From a virus, in the IMG/VR virus record IMGVR_UViG_3300042731_004843, positions 1 through 64,000 of that record: 64,000 nucleotides of DNA, one strand, 5' to 3'. The position numbers and the translations under genes were made by a program. How positions within the stretch are numbered: position 1 is the stretch's first letter; each line of letters opens with the position of its first letter. The notes beneath the pieces were generated by a model. It was not told the DNA's origin. It searched no databases and was given only the letters and a program-made list of their open reading frames with translations. Of the stretch, positions 47,267-56,535 are shown in pieces.

Positions 47267-48768
47267 CCGTGCCGTTTACCCTTATTCATGAGCCCCGCCG
47301 CCCAGTCCTTCATGTCTCTGGATGGTTCTGAGCGCATGCGCTCAGAGCCGTTTCTTTTTCTCTCGTTGTCTTGTTCCTTGAAGAAGTTCTTGATGTCCTC
47401 GATCTCGTAGAAGACTACGGGCTCGAGCATCGGGTTGCCGTCACCGTCCACCTGCACCACACCGGTTTCGCTGATCACCTTGCGCATCATTACGCCGAAG
47501 TCCGAAGCAGCATTGCCGTGGATAGCGAAGCCCGTCATGTTGATCTCGCGGGCACCGGTTATGGCCAGCGCCAACTCATTCACTTCTGGGTTTCTGGTAG
47601 ACTTCTTGTTGATCTCCACGGCCAGGTCGCAGTCCATGCCGTAGGAGTCAGCGAAGGCGATATTGGCCATACTCTTGCCCCTAGCCTCTTCAGATGGCCG
47701 GTTGGCCTGAGTGGTCCCAATCACTGGGATCTTGAAGTCCAGTGCTATCTCTTTGACGTCCTGGGTGATAGCAGACTGGTCATCCCACTTCACTGACCGC
47801 GTGTTCTTGCGGTCATTACGCATCAGGTACATGGCGTCCACGCAGACTAGGTCGGGCTTGTGGTCCTCGACCTTCTTACGCAGACCCAGAACACCACCAC
47901 CTCGTGGGTCGGTCCTATCGCTGGTGATGATCAGGGTCTTCCTGAATCCGGTCTCCAGCGCGCAGGTATCCTCATCTTGAGACATGGTTTCCGCAGTGGC
48001 GTAGAACCGCTCCTCCATGGTTCCGCCTTCTGGGACGGGGATCTCAGCTAGCGTGCCTTGCTTGTACGCTCGGTAGGGCGCGCCGATCAACAGGCAGATG
48101 CTACGGTCTATCATCTGCTCCGGAGTCATCTCCCTGGTGTAGACCAGAACGCGGCGGCTACTGAAGTCGTAGGCATGCGTGGCAATCTTCAGCAGCACCC
48201 ATGTCTTTAGTGACTTCGGCCTCCCGTAGAATAGGATGAACTCGCTTGTCTGCATCCCCTGGGTTTCTTTGTTCAACACGTCCCACGGGTACGGTATCCC
48301 TTGGTAGCCGTCTTGATCTCTGTGGCTCTCGTACCTGTCGATGGCCGAGGAGATGCTCTGTGACAAGATCAAATCCTGTGTCACGCGGCGTGTCCTCGCC
48401 AGGTCCCCTACAGTATTTTGGATGTCGACCAGCAGTTGGTCCGGCTTGTTGATGTTGTCCACGATGTGGTCAGACAGCACCTTCAACTCGGCACGTACGT
48501 GGTGGTCTTTGAATTCCGCAAGTACTGCATCCAGGTTGAGCCGATTTTCTCTCGGGAGATCTACAGTCGGGAAACGTTTCTCCACCATCTCTCGAGTGGG
48601 GACGTTGCCCGCGGTTCGTTTGTTTCTCCAGAACTTGAGCAGGTACTTCAGCACCATGCGGCCGTCTTCGGTCTTGAAGTCTTCCAGCCGCACGCCCTCA
48701 TCCAGCACCTTCTGTAGATCTCCGACGTCTATTACTTTGGCTATGAGTTCTAGTTCTTGGCTTGCCAT
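47263..48768 (-). CDS. dnaB: DnaB-like replicative helicase
   Basis: GIPYPW..LN..T.G, GRPKSLKT, TREM, VCVDAMY, TQANR, DCD. Confidence 0.85.
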   Translation of the reverse strand: MASQELELIAKVIDVGDLQKVLDEGVRLEDFKTEDGRMVLKYLLKFWRNKRTAGNVPTREMVEKRFPTVDLPRENRLNLDAVLAEFKDHHVRAELKVLSDHIVDNINKPDQLLVDIQNTVGDLARTRRVTQDLILSQSISSAIDRYESHRDQDGYQGIPYPWDVLNKETQGMQTSEFILFYGRPKSLKTWVLLKIATHAYDFSSRRVLVYTREMTPEQMIDRSICLLIGAPYRAYKQGTLAEIPVPEGGTMEERFYATAETMSQDEDTCALETGFRKTLIITSDRTDPRGGGVLGLRKKVEDHKPDLVCVDAMYLMRNDRKNTRSVKWDDQSAITQDVKEIALDFKIPVIGTTQANRPSEEARGKSMANIAFADSYGMDCDLAVEINKKSTRNPEVNELALAITGAREINMTGFAIHGNAASDFGVMMRKVISETGVVQVDGDGNPMLEPVVFYEIEDIKNFFKEQDNERKRNGSERMRSEPSRDMKDWAAGLMNKGKRHG

Positions 48769-48870
48769 GCTGCCTCCTGATAGAAAGCATCAAGAGTCAG
48801 CCCCGGAAACCTAGCAGTCAAGCCGCTAGGTATGGGGCCGCCGTCAGTAGAACACCACAAGATGTAGTGC

Positions 48871-49986
48871 CTATCTGGACAGTCTGCGCAGCACGTTTCC
48901 AGCCATGGCTTCGAACTCGAAACGCCTGTTCATGTCGTCGTAGTCTTGTGCGGCGCGGGTGATGGCCTGGAGAATCCCATAGTTGGTCTTGATGGGTTCC
49001 TTGTCGAACGCCTTGATGGCGGCCTCTCGGAAGTGCTTGGGAGCATCCAGCCGCTTCAGCTCGGACTCGATGAGTGCTTGAGGGTGGTCTACAGAGCTAT
49101 CCTGCATGTTGGTGAGTTGGTTGCGCGTCCGCTCCCAGCGTACTGGAGCTTGGCTGAAGACGCTCTTGAGCTGCTGGTCCAGTGCAGCGTCTTCGATGGG
49201 CCGGTGCTGCCGGTACAGCAGGCGGGAGTCACCGACAGTGATCATCATGCCGTTGAGGCAGACCAGCCGGAAGCTGAACTCATCGATGGTGATGGCAGTG
49301 AATCCTACTTCCGAATTGCGCATGTGGAAGCCCGGGTAGACCAGGTCGTCTTTGGGCAGCGCGCCCTCGGCTTCGGCGATGTCGTAAATGTTCCGCACGG
49401 CGGGGTCAGGGTGGTTGCGGTCGATGGCCCCCATGTTGATGGGGTCTCCGACCAGGGTGAAGTGGTTGCACCGATCGTCACCCCACCTGGTCTTCTTGCT
49501 CAGGTGGTTGCCCATGAACCGGAGCTCGCTGACTTCGGATCCGAACTGCCTCTCCATCCGGTCGAACAGCCGCTCATTGTCGATGGGGTGGTAGCCCGGT
49601 GACAGCACGGCACGCATGTACCCGTCGCATCCTGGTACGCCGGGAGTGCCGGGGCGGAATTTTGTGGTCCGCACCTTCCTCTTGTCTCCCGTCTTGGAGA
49701 AGCGCCGTTGCAGCTCTTCTTGTACCTGCTCATGCGTGACGAGTTTGGGGTCGAACCACTTGGCCCACTGCACCCCGAGCACAGAGCCCAACTGCTTCTG
49801 GGCCCAGTCGGTCATACGGAATGTGCCGACTTGGGGCAGCTCCAGATCTAGCTGCGGTGTGACACGGATCTTGTCCATCTCCACCACAGTGTCAGGGTTC
49901 TGGAGGGCATGCTCCTTCGCCACAACTTCTCGTACGTGGTCAAATTTGGTCAGGTTTTTCGTTTGTTCCAAGTCCAGTCCGCGCAT
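48871..49986 (-). CDS. DUF932-like protein
   Basis: RAVLSPGY..IDN; RNSEVG...FRLVCLNGM. Confidence 0.6.
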   Translation of the reverse strand: MRGLDLEQTKNLTKFDHVREVVAKEHALQNPDTVVEMDKIRVTPQLDLELPQVGTFRMTDWAQKQLGSVLGVQWAKWFDPKLVTHEQVQEELQRRFSKTGDKRKVRTTKFRPGTPGVPGCDGYMRAVLSPGYHPIDNERLFDRMERQFGSEVSELRFMGNHLSKKTRWGDDRCNHFTLVGDPINMGAIDRNHPDPAVRNIYDIAEAEGALPKDDLVYPGFHMRNSEVGFTAITIDEFSFRLVCLNGMMITVGDSRLLYRQHRPIEDAALDQQLKSVFSQAPVRWERTRNQLTNMQDSSVDHPQALIESELKRLDAPKHFREAAIKAFDKEPIKTNYGILQAITRAAQDYDDMNRRFEFEAMAGNVLRRLSR

Positions 49987-50308
49987 CTTCTTCCTCCGCT
50001 GAGGCTCCCTCACTGAAGTGGTAAGGGAGCAGGTCTTGTTCCATGGAATCGAGCAGCTCGTTCAGCAGGTTTAGGGTGCGCTCCGACCAAGTCTCTACTT
50101 GGGCCGAGCACTTACCGTGGGTGTGTAGGAGAGTTTTCTGCGTCCCTTTTACTGCGTCCTCCGCCGTCCCCTCCACGGTTGCGTAGGTCGCGGTCATTTG
50201 TGGGGACGTCGGAACCCCGGCGCGCACCTGTATGGAACGCATATTATCCACGTCTACGCTGACTACGTGCACGCCGTTGATCTTGCACGCTCCGCTAGAC
50301 ACCCTCAT
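49940..50308 (-). CDS. hypothetical protein
   Basis: Overlapping operon gene. Confidence 0.55.
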   Translation of the reverse strand: MRVSSGACKINGVHVVSVDVDNMRSIQVRAGVPTSPQMTATYATVEGTAEDAVKGTQKTLLHTHGKCSAQVETWSERTLNLLNELLDSMEQDLLPYHFSEGASAEEEDARTGLGTNEKPDQI

Positions 50309-50655
50309 CGGTGAGACTCCGAGGCGAAGCTGTCCAGGTGCAGATCCATCTCCTCCGCGCCCTGGATGGCCGTGGTCTCTGCGATCCTACCGGCCTCTTC
50401 GAGGGCCGCTTCGATCTCCTTTCTGCTTTGCCCGCAGGTGATGGTGACGTGGGATTCCGCCTTCACGGTCATGCCGGCTTCCCTGGTCGAGTACCAGTGG
50501 CTGAACCCTCTGGTCTGCCCGGCACGTGCGTTCCCGTCTCCCAGCGGTAGGTCGGTCTTCTGTCTTTTGTTCACGCGTTTCATCCTCTCTATGCGGTCAG
50601 CCGTCTTGTTGAACAAGAAGAATGTGCCGCTTATGGTCGCGACCGCATTAGTCAT
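50305..50655 (-). CDS. hypothetical protein
   Basis: Overlapping operon gene. Confidence 0.55.
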   Translation of the reverse strand: MTNAVATISGTFFLFNKTADRIERMKRVNKRQKTDLPLGDGNARAGQTRGFSHWYSTREAGMTVKAESHVTITCGQSRKEIEAALEEAGRIAETTAIQGAEEMDLHLDSFASESHR

Positions 50656-51127
50656 CGATCGGCACGGATGGTATGACGTATGGTTTGGGCGTCCCCGGCA
50701 TGTTGGCGGGGGCCTGCTCGTCCTCGTGGTACGCCTTGGCTACCAGCTCGTTGTCCACCTCACCTTGCCGCACCAACTGGTGCAATAGGTCGGCGTCCAG
50801 TTTGTAGGTGACCGTCTCTGTCAGAACCAGGTCGGCCTGTTCAGCCGGCAGGGTGTTGGCCAGGAAATCTACGTCGTAGTAGCGCTTGTACTTCTTCTGC
50901 GCCCCAACAACTCCTACGACCAGCTTGTCCTGGTCTAAGGTCCGCAGCTGGGTCTTGACAGCCCGGCTCGCAGCATCCAGTTGGCGGTTGTACTCACCAA
51001 CCAGCTGCTCGTACTCGAGCAGTATGTCCTTGATTTCAGGGTCGGCCATGAACGTGAACAGCTCTTCCTTGGCCTCATCGAATCTGGCTACCGCCCGCTC
51101 AGCTACGCTAAGTTCTTTTTCTGGCAC
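50648..51127 (-). CDS. hypothetical protein
   Basis: GTG start after GAGG; operon packing. Confidence 0.6.
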   Translation of the reverse strand: MPEKELSVAERAVARFDEAKEELFTFMADPEIKDILLEYEQLVGEYNRQLDAASRAVKTQLRTLDQDKLVVGVVGAQKKYKRYYDVDFLANTLPAEQADLVLTETVTYKLDADLLHQLVRQGEVDNELVAKAYHEDEQAPANMPGTPKPYVIPSVPIDD

Positions 51128-51806
51128 GGGTCACCTCTCTCCTGCTTTCTGGTGGCTCGATCCCGTAATATGTTTCCCGCAGGTGATCGATCACCTGGGC
51201 TGCCCTGACGAAATCCTCGGTAGTCTTGTACCAGGGCCCGCTCTTGGTTCGGTTGTGGGACCTGGCCAGGAACGCAGTGTGGTAAACGGGCATAAGCGCG
51301 TAGCGGATCGGCACATGTCGTCCTTGCATGGTGAACGTACGCATTCTGCCGCGCACCGCCTCCATCTTTGGGGCCTTGCCGGTCAATATTTGTAGCGGCA
51401 CTTTGCCGACTGCGATGATCAGCAGAGGGTCCACGAGGTAGATCTGCTCTAGCAGCCTCTCTTTACACGCTTCCCTTTCAACTTTAGACGGCGGCCGATT
51501 ATCTATGCGTACTCCGCCTGATCGGTCGTCTTCTACTTCCACAGTAGGCCGGCAACAGACGACGTTGGTGATGTAGAGGTCCTCCTGCCGGTCCAAGTCC
51601 ACCGACTCCAGAAACTGGTCCAGTACCTCTCCTGCACGTCCGAAGAAGGGTCGGCCAGAACGGTCCTCGTGCTCCCCCGGCCCTTCCCCAACGATCATGA
51701 TGTCCGCGTTGGGATTGCCCTCACCGAATACGAGACGCGTCCTGGTCTCTGCGAGGCCGCAGCGCTGGCAGTCTCCCCAGCTATCTTGGAGCTGAGCAAG
51801 GCTCAC
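51108..51806 (-). CDS. uracil-DNA glycosylase family 4
   Basis: CQRCGL, VFGEG, GEGPG, G.PFFGRAG, ITNVVCCRP, YH.A; GTG start at 51806. Confidence 0.92.
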   Translation of the reverse strand: MSLAQLQDSWGDCQRCGLAETRTRLVFGEGNPNADIMIVGEGPGEHEDRSGRPFFGRAGEVLDQFLESVDLDRQEDLYITNVVCCRPTVEVEDDRSGGVRIDNRPPSKVEREACKERLLEQIYLVDPLLIIAVGKVPLQILTGKAPKMEAVRGRMRTFTMQGRHVPIRYALMPVYHTAFLARSHNRTKSGPWYKTTEDFVRAAQVIDHLRETYYGIEPPESRREVTRARKRT

Positions 51807-52204
51807 GACTGGTGCCCGCTCGGTAGCGGGCCTCCCGCGGGTTCTATGCCTGCGTCTTTGGCGCGGGACACCATCTCTGCCCGAGAGCACTTCTCGAGCT
51901 GCTCCAGTAGGGGGCGCAGAGTACCAGGGCTTTCCTCGGGCCAGAAGTAGGACACGGGCTTGACCCTGACAGGCACCGCAGATCTGCAGATACCAGCTGG
52001 GAGCACCTGGTTGGATTGGACTAGAGCGCCATCCTCTCTAGGGAGTAGTAGCGTACGCAGAGTGCGCGCCTCATCCAGCAGGATGAAATCCCCCTTCCTC
52101 GCCGCCTCACAGATCTCGTCGTCTGTGAGTGTGGTCTTGCCGACCCAGAATGACTGGGGCGTGCCGTCACCGACTATGACCCAGTGCGCTTCTTGCTCAC
52201 TCAT
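51803..52204 (-). CDS. hypothetical protein
   Basis: AGGAGG RBS; ATGA overlap. Confidence 0.6.
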   Translation of the reverse strand: MSEQEAHWVIVGDGTPQSFWVGKTTLTDDEICEAARKGDFILLDEARTLRTLLLPREDGALVQSNQVLPAGICRSAVPVRVKPVSYFWPEESPGTLRPLLEQLEKCSRAEMVSRAKDAGIEPAGGPLPSGHQS

Positions 52205-53655
52205 TTGGTTTCCTCCTTACCGTAAGGTCTCAGTATCTTGTAATCTAGGGGCCCGCCCTGCTCCTTGGGCCACCTACGTATCAGCCGTTTCAGTGTCGAG
52301 CACATCTTGTGCATCTTGGGCACAAAGACGTGGTCGAGGATGATGATCACAGGCGTCTTCTTGTTTTCTCGGAACCGTTGTGCCCGGCCCATGCCCTGCT
52401 GGAGGGTGTTGAGTCCGCCGTCTTCCACGGATGAGCTGCCGAAGGGAGTCAGGAAGTAGAGCAGGTCTAGCGTGTCTTCATCCAGAGCCTCCTTCACCAG
52501 CTGCAGAGTCCCGAAGCTGATCTGCTTTGTGCGAAGGGTGCGTAGCCTGGCCTCCGGCTTCTCATTCCCAGTACACAACCCGGAGTCAGCAAACATGTCG
52601 TTGAGCAGGCGCAGCTGCTCAACGCTGTGGCTCAGGACCAAGATCTTCCGCCCCTTCTCCAACGGGGCACGTAGCTTGCGGGCGATGAACTCGTTGCACT
52701 CAGGTAGCCTGCCGAGATATGTCCGCAGCTTCGGTATGTTGATCTTGCCCTGTTTGTCGTAGATGCCCGTCTCTGGATTCTTCGCCTCTTTGGATTTCAC
52801 GTCCACTGTTGCGGGGCATTCCTGGAAGTAGATGCGAGGGATCATGTCCGGCATGAGGTCGGAGTGGTACACGTCCCCGATGTGGTACTGATAGATAGGC
52901 TCGAGCCCGTCCTCACGATTCACTGTGGCGGTCAGACCGTGCCGTTCTCCATAGAACATGGGCGCTGTGCGGACAAATAGTGGGGCCGACAGGTGGTGTA
53001 CCTCGTCATAGATGACCAGCCCGAAGTACCTGTCCATGCCGGCCGGGATGTTGTTAGCGTGCAGAGACAGGGAGTGTATCATCGCCACACAGATGCCCCG
53101 TCCATCCCAGTCCCAGGTGTCCGGGGAGCCCTGCAGTACACCAATCCCCCCGGGCACGCGCCTCATGTGCTCGCGGATCCTGTCCTGCCACTGATCGATC
53201 AGAGTGGTATTGTTCACCACCACCAGCGCGGGCACTTTACGCTCAGCTACGAGCTTCAGTGCCATGATCGTTTTTCCCTTACCGCAAGCTAGGTTGAGCA
53301 GCCCACTCTTCGCCGCCTTCATAGGCACCCATGCATCACGCTGGGTGGTGAGGTCTGGGCGTTTGGCGTCTAGCTCTATCCTGTCCATAAAGGCGACGCG
53401 CGGGAACTCCGTAGGTTGTACGGATAGGATCGGGAATGACAGGGCGGCGTACTCTCCACGGGGAAAGAACTCCCTGGGGACAATGAGGTGGTCCTTTTCC
53501 TCATGCCATAGCTGCAGGTACGTGATCCCCTCATTGTCCATCACCGGGAACTCGAGCCCGCTCTTCACGGAGCGCACATTGATGTGCTTCTTGGGCAGCC
53601 AAAGCTGCCTCCCGAAATACCCCTTGTCGGGGTCCCGACGCACGAAACTCAGCAT
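52201..53655 (-). CDS. SF2 helicase (UvsW/XPB-like)
   Basis: ACGKGKT, DEVH, GLTAT, QGMGRAQR; likely start MLSF after GGAGG. Confidence 0.85.
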   Translation of the reverse strand: MLSFVRRDPDKGYFGRQLWLPKKHINVRSVKSGLEFPVMDNEGITYLQLWHEEKDHLIVPREFFPRGEYAALSFPILSVQPTEFPRVAFMDRIELDAKRPDLTTQRDAWVPMKAAKSGLLNLACGKGKTIMALKLVAERKVPALVVVNNTTLIDQWQDRIREHMRRVPGGIGVLQGSPDTWDWDGRGICVAMIHSLSLHANNIPAGMDRYFGLVIYDEVHHLSAPLFVRTAPMFYGERHGLTATVNREDGLEPIYQYHIGDVYHSDLMPDMIPRIYFQECPATVDVKSKEAKNPETGIYDKQGKINIPKLRTYLGRLPECNEFIARKLRAPLEKGRKILVLSHSVEQLRLLNDMFADSGLCTGNEKPEARLRTLRTKQISFGTLQLVKEALDEDTLDLLYFLTPFGSSSVEDGGLNTLQQGMGRAQRFRENKKTPVIIILDHVFVPKMHKMCSTLKRLIRRWPKEQGGPLDYKILRPYGKEETK

Positions 53656-53720
53656 GCATCCTCCAGAACGGCTAACTGCTTGTAATCCTTGTGGTGACGT
53701 TGCGGGGGCGGCCATGAACA

Positions 53721-53746
53721 GTACCTTACCAGATCTGGTAAGGTAC
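53721..53746. repeat. perfect 26-bp palindrome
   Basis: GTACCTTACCAGA|TCTGGTAAGGTAC. Confidence 0.85.
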
Positions 53747-53771
53747 ATTTATACATACATCGTCCGCCCTG

Positions 53772-54143
53772 TCAAAACCTATAATTGCGGAAGAACTGCC
53801 AGGCTTCGTAGAAGAGTCCGCGGAGGGCACCGCTGGCGCAATCTTTGGCGAAGCGCTCTATGGCGCGTTCTCCTTCGCCAACGATACCGCTTTCGCAGTT
53901 AGATCTCAGTCCGTCATCAGCGTCCTCTCCGTACCGCCGAGAGCGTCTGCCGGCGGTATTGGTGCGGCCGATTACTGTGGGGCGGGGAGAGAATGGACGC
54001 CGACTGTCTACTACCTCCATGCGGCAACTATGTTGGTACCTGCAGCCTTGACATTCGTGGTCATCGAGGCTGAAAGTGTGGGGGTTGCCCCAGCAGCTGG
54101 GGCGGTTGTCGTCGTTAGAGCTGATGTGGTCGTCATACGACAC
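53772..54143 (-). CDS. Cys-rich hypothetical protein
   Basis: CWG...ECQGCRYQHSC; GTG start after AGGAG. Confidence 0.6.
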   Translation of the reverse strand: MSYDDHISSNDDNRPSCWGNPHTFSLDDHECQGCRYQHSCRMEVVDSRRPFSPRPTVIGRTNTAGRRSRRYGEDADDGLRSNCESGIVGEGERAIERFAKDCASGALRGLFYEAWQFFRNYRF

Positions 54144-54181
54144 GTTATCTCCTGGGGTTAGTTGGGGTCCAAGACGAAGAT

Positions 54182-54190
54182 CTTATAACA
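54182..54190 (-). promoter_or_regulatory. extended -10-like element TGTTATAAG driving the replication block
   Basis: Located in the divergent intergenic region; the same TATAAG occurs at 60756-60761. Confidence 0.4.
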
Positions 54191-54221
54191 GCGTGTAGGC
54201 GTTTTTTGTCCTGCCCACTTG

Positions 54222-54250
54222 TTGACCCCACCGGAGCCGAGACGTAGTAT
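54222..54250 (+). promoter_or_regulatory. sigma70-like promoter TTGACC-N17-TAGTAT
   Basis: Upstream of ATG 54277. Confidence 0.55.
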
Positions 54251-54276
54251 CATCGGGAGATCACGGAGAGACTGAC

Positions 54277-55641
54277 ATGCATACTGGATCTATCGTCGAC
54301 TTCTACGATGACCCTCAGGGACTAGTTCTGAAGAATCGTCTGCCGCAAGAAGGCGTACCGGACTTCATCAAGCAGGCAGAGTTTCTAGATGAGCATACCC
54401 GCGGCACCTTACCGGACGATGTATTTGCCCTGGTCATGGTCGACCGTGGCGAGAAGCTGCGCAAGTTCGCCTGTGTAGACAAGGGTAATGTGGCCCTCAA
54501 CGTGATCTACTTCATGGAGAACCGGGACCGCCTACCAGAAGAGGCCCAGAAGACTGCTGCGGCTAACCTGGCTAGGGCCTGTTCTTGGTTCGACCTGGCA
54601 GTACCTATGGGACTGGACAAGGAGGCGGGATTTTCTAGCCTGTTGAAGGCCCCTAGCAAGCTGGTGGGCGGGGGTATGGCTGCCGCAGATATAGGCGGCA
54701 GGGTCTCTGCAGGCAAAGAACGCCACCGACAGATGACGCGCACGGCCGACATGATCGGCTCCAACGTCATGCCCACCTCCGGTAGCAAGGAAAAGGCAGC
54801 AGCTCCTTCTACCCGTTCGGCTCTACGGGAACTGGACAAACAGAGAGCCGCAGATCCGGATCTACAGCGTAAGCTGAAGCGTACTAGAGCAGACATGAGG
54901 GCCAACCCGAGTAAGTACACCCTAAAGTCGGCCGCACTCCAGCCATATGTGGACGTCACGGGGCAGAGGCCGCCGGAGAGGATCAAGCAGGCTAGCGCGG
55001 AACGGCACTGCTTGATTAAAGAAGGTCAGGCACACTTTCCGATCGACAGCTATGGCCAGATCAAGCAAGCGTCGGTTTGGTTTGACGAGTACGGGCACAC
55101 ACTGCACCCAGCAGAGCGCCGGGAGTACTGCACCAAGCTAGCATCCAGGGCGGACGAAGTCGGCATCGAGGTCAGTGATCTCATTCGAAAATACGGGTCA
55201 CCGGGCTATGCCACGGATGGAGAAGTGAACGTCGCGGTCTGTACCAGGATGCAGCATTGGGCAGACGATGCGCCTGAGCGTGACATGCTGAAGGGGTTGA
55301 TGGAGAAAGCTGCTTCAGTCTCCCCGGATGTTTTCTGTGAAGCTCTCCGGCAGTTCGATGAAGCCACGGGCATGGACCATCTGTGGGACGATGAGATCTA
55401 CGACCCCTGGTTTTCCACGTACGGCTTCAAGAAAGAGGCCGCGTGGTCCTGGCAGAGCGGAAACGACAGAGTAACGGAAGCGCAACTAAAGCTGTCGGCT
55501 AAGAAAGACTTCTTGGCTATCCGTGAAGCGTTCGGGTTGGAGGTGGCGGAGGAGTACAGGAAGAACCCCCAGCAGGTATTTGACTCCATGCCATTGGATT
55601 CTAAGCGCATTCTTACGCGCATGGCCAACGACCCCCTGTAG
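54277..55641 (+). CDS. putative head/scaffold-associated protein with two LPDxxFA..RK(F/Y)P-like modules
   Basis: LPDDVFALV...RKFACVD and HFPIDSYGQIKQA modules; upstream of the portal; many K-x-A sites. Confidence 0.5.
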   Translation: MHTGSIVDFYDDPQGLVLKNRLPQEGVPDFIKQAEFLDEHTRGTLPDDVFALVMVDRGEKLRKFACVDKGNVALNVIYFMENRDRLPEEAQKTAAANLARACSWFDLAVPMGLDKEAGFSSLLKAPSKLVGGGMAAADIGGRVSAGKERHRQMTRTADMIGSNVMPTSGSKEKAAAPSTRSALRELDKQRAADPDLQRKLKRTRADMRANPSKYTLKSAALQPYVDVTGQRPPERIKQASAERHCLIKEGQAHFPIDSYGQIKQASVWFDEYGHTLHPAERREYCTKLASRADEVGIEVSDLIRKYGSPGYATDGEVNVAVCTRMQHWADDAPERDMLKGLMEKAASVSPDVFCEALRQFDEATGMDHLWDDEIYDPWFSTYGFKKEAAWSWQSGNDRVTEAQLKLSAKKDFLAIREAFGLEVAEEYRKNPQQVFDSMPLDSKRILTRMANDPL

Positions 55642-55644
55642 GAT

Positions 55645-56535
55645 ATGGCTACCCACGAAGAGCAGCTGCTGGGCCTCCTGGAGAAGATAGGCCAGCCGGA
55701 AGAGACCACTGCCGAGGTCCCGTCTGTACTGGACGGGACCTCCAATGACGATCACGTCGAGACGTACGGCTCTTCCGAGGACCCCAACACGGAGGCTGAG
55801 CACGAAGAGCTGGCGGCAGCCAATACTGACCGGCAAGGGATGCCGGAAGGTGCGCTGTCCCCAGTCACGAAGCGGAACATGTGGGTGCATCACGACACCC
55901 ACCCGGTAACATATGATGTGGCCCTCCTGGGCACGTACGGCACAGACTGGTTTGAGTGGGAGCCCGGTACCCTCTGGCGTGAGATCAGAGAGGACTTCCG
56001 GGTACCCTCTATCAATGACCACGCCAAGGCCAAGATACAGGCGGCGAAGACGCTGCACATCAATGAATGGTACTGGACGAAGTGGGAAGTGTTCTGCTGG
56101 ATCACGCAGGCCTTGAACAACAATATCCCGGACTTCCATGTACTCCAGAAGCCTTCCATAGCGCAGCTGATGCAGTCTGTAGACGCCGCTACGATGGTAC
56201 GCAATGACGTGGAGTTCACCCCAGAGCTCCAGATGTTCGTGGCGGCTGCGATGGTAGAGTCCGGTGTATTCTATGCCCCGAAGCCCATAGACTTTTGCCA
56301 GGACGAGATCGAGACGCTGCTTGACGAGCTTCAGATAGATAAGAGCTTGATCGGGCAAGTACAGAGCAGGTGGCGAGAGGTGAAGCAGATCTCTCCAGAG
56401 GCGTGGGCGCGTTCTCCAGAACCCGTACTGCGGGAAGACGTGGTAGACATCCAGGTAGCCAAATTGAAAGTAGCGTGCGATTATCTGGATCTACGTCGTC
56501 GCCAACTGCAGGAGCAACTGAGGCTGCTCAAATGA
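55645..56535 (+). CDS. hypothetical protein with LLGLLEKIG tag
   Basis: 296-aa ORF in the head block. Confidence 0.65.
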   Translation: MATHEEQLLGLLEKIGQPEETTAEVPSVLDGTSNDDHVETYGSSEDPNTEAEHEELAAANTDRQGMPEGALSPVTKRNMWVHHDTHPVTYDVALLGTYGTDWFEWEPGTLWREIREDFRVPSINDHAKAKIQAAKTLHINEWYWTKWEVFCWITQALNNNIPDFHVLQKPSIAQLMQSVDAATMVRNDVEFTPELQMFVAAAMVESGVFYAPKPIDFCQDEIETLLDELQIDKSLIGQVQSRWREVKQISPEAWARSPEPVLREDVVDIQVAKLKVACDYLDLRRRQLQEQLRLLK

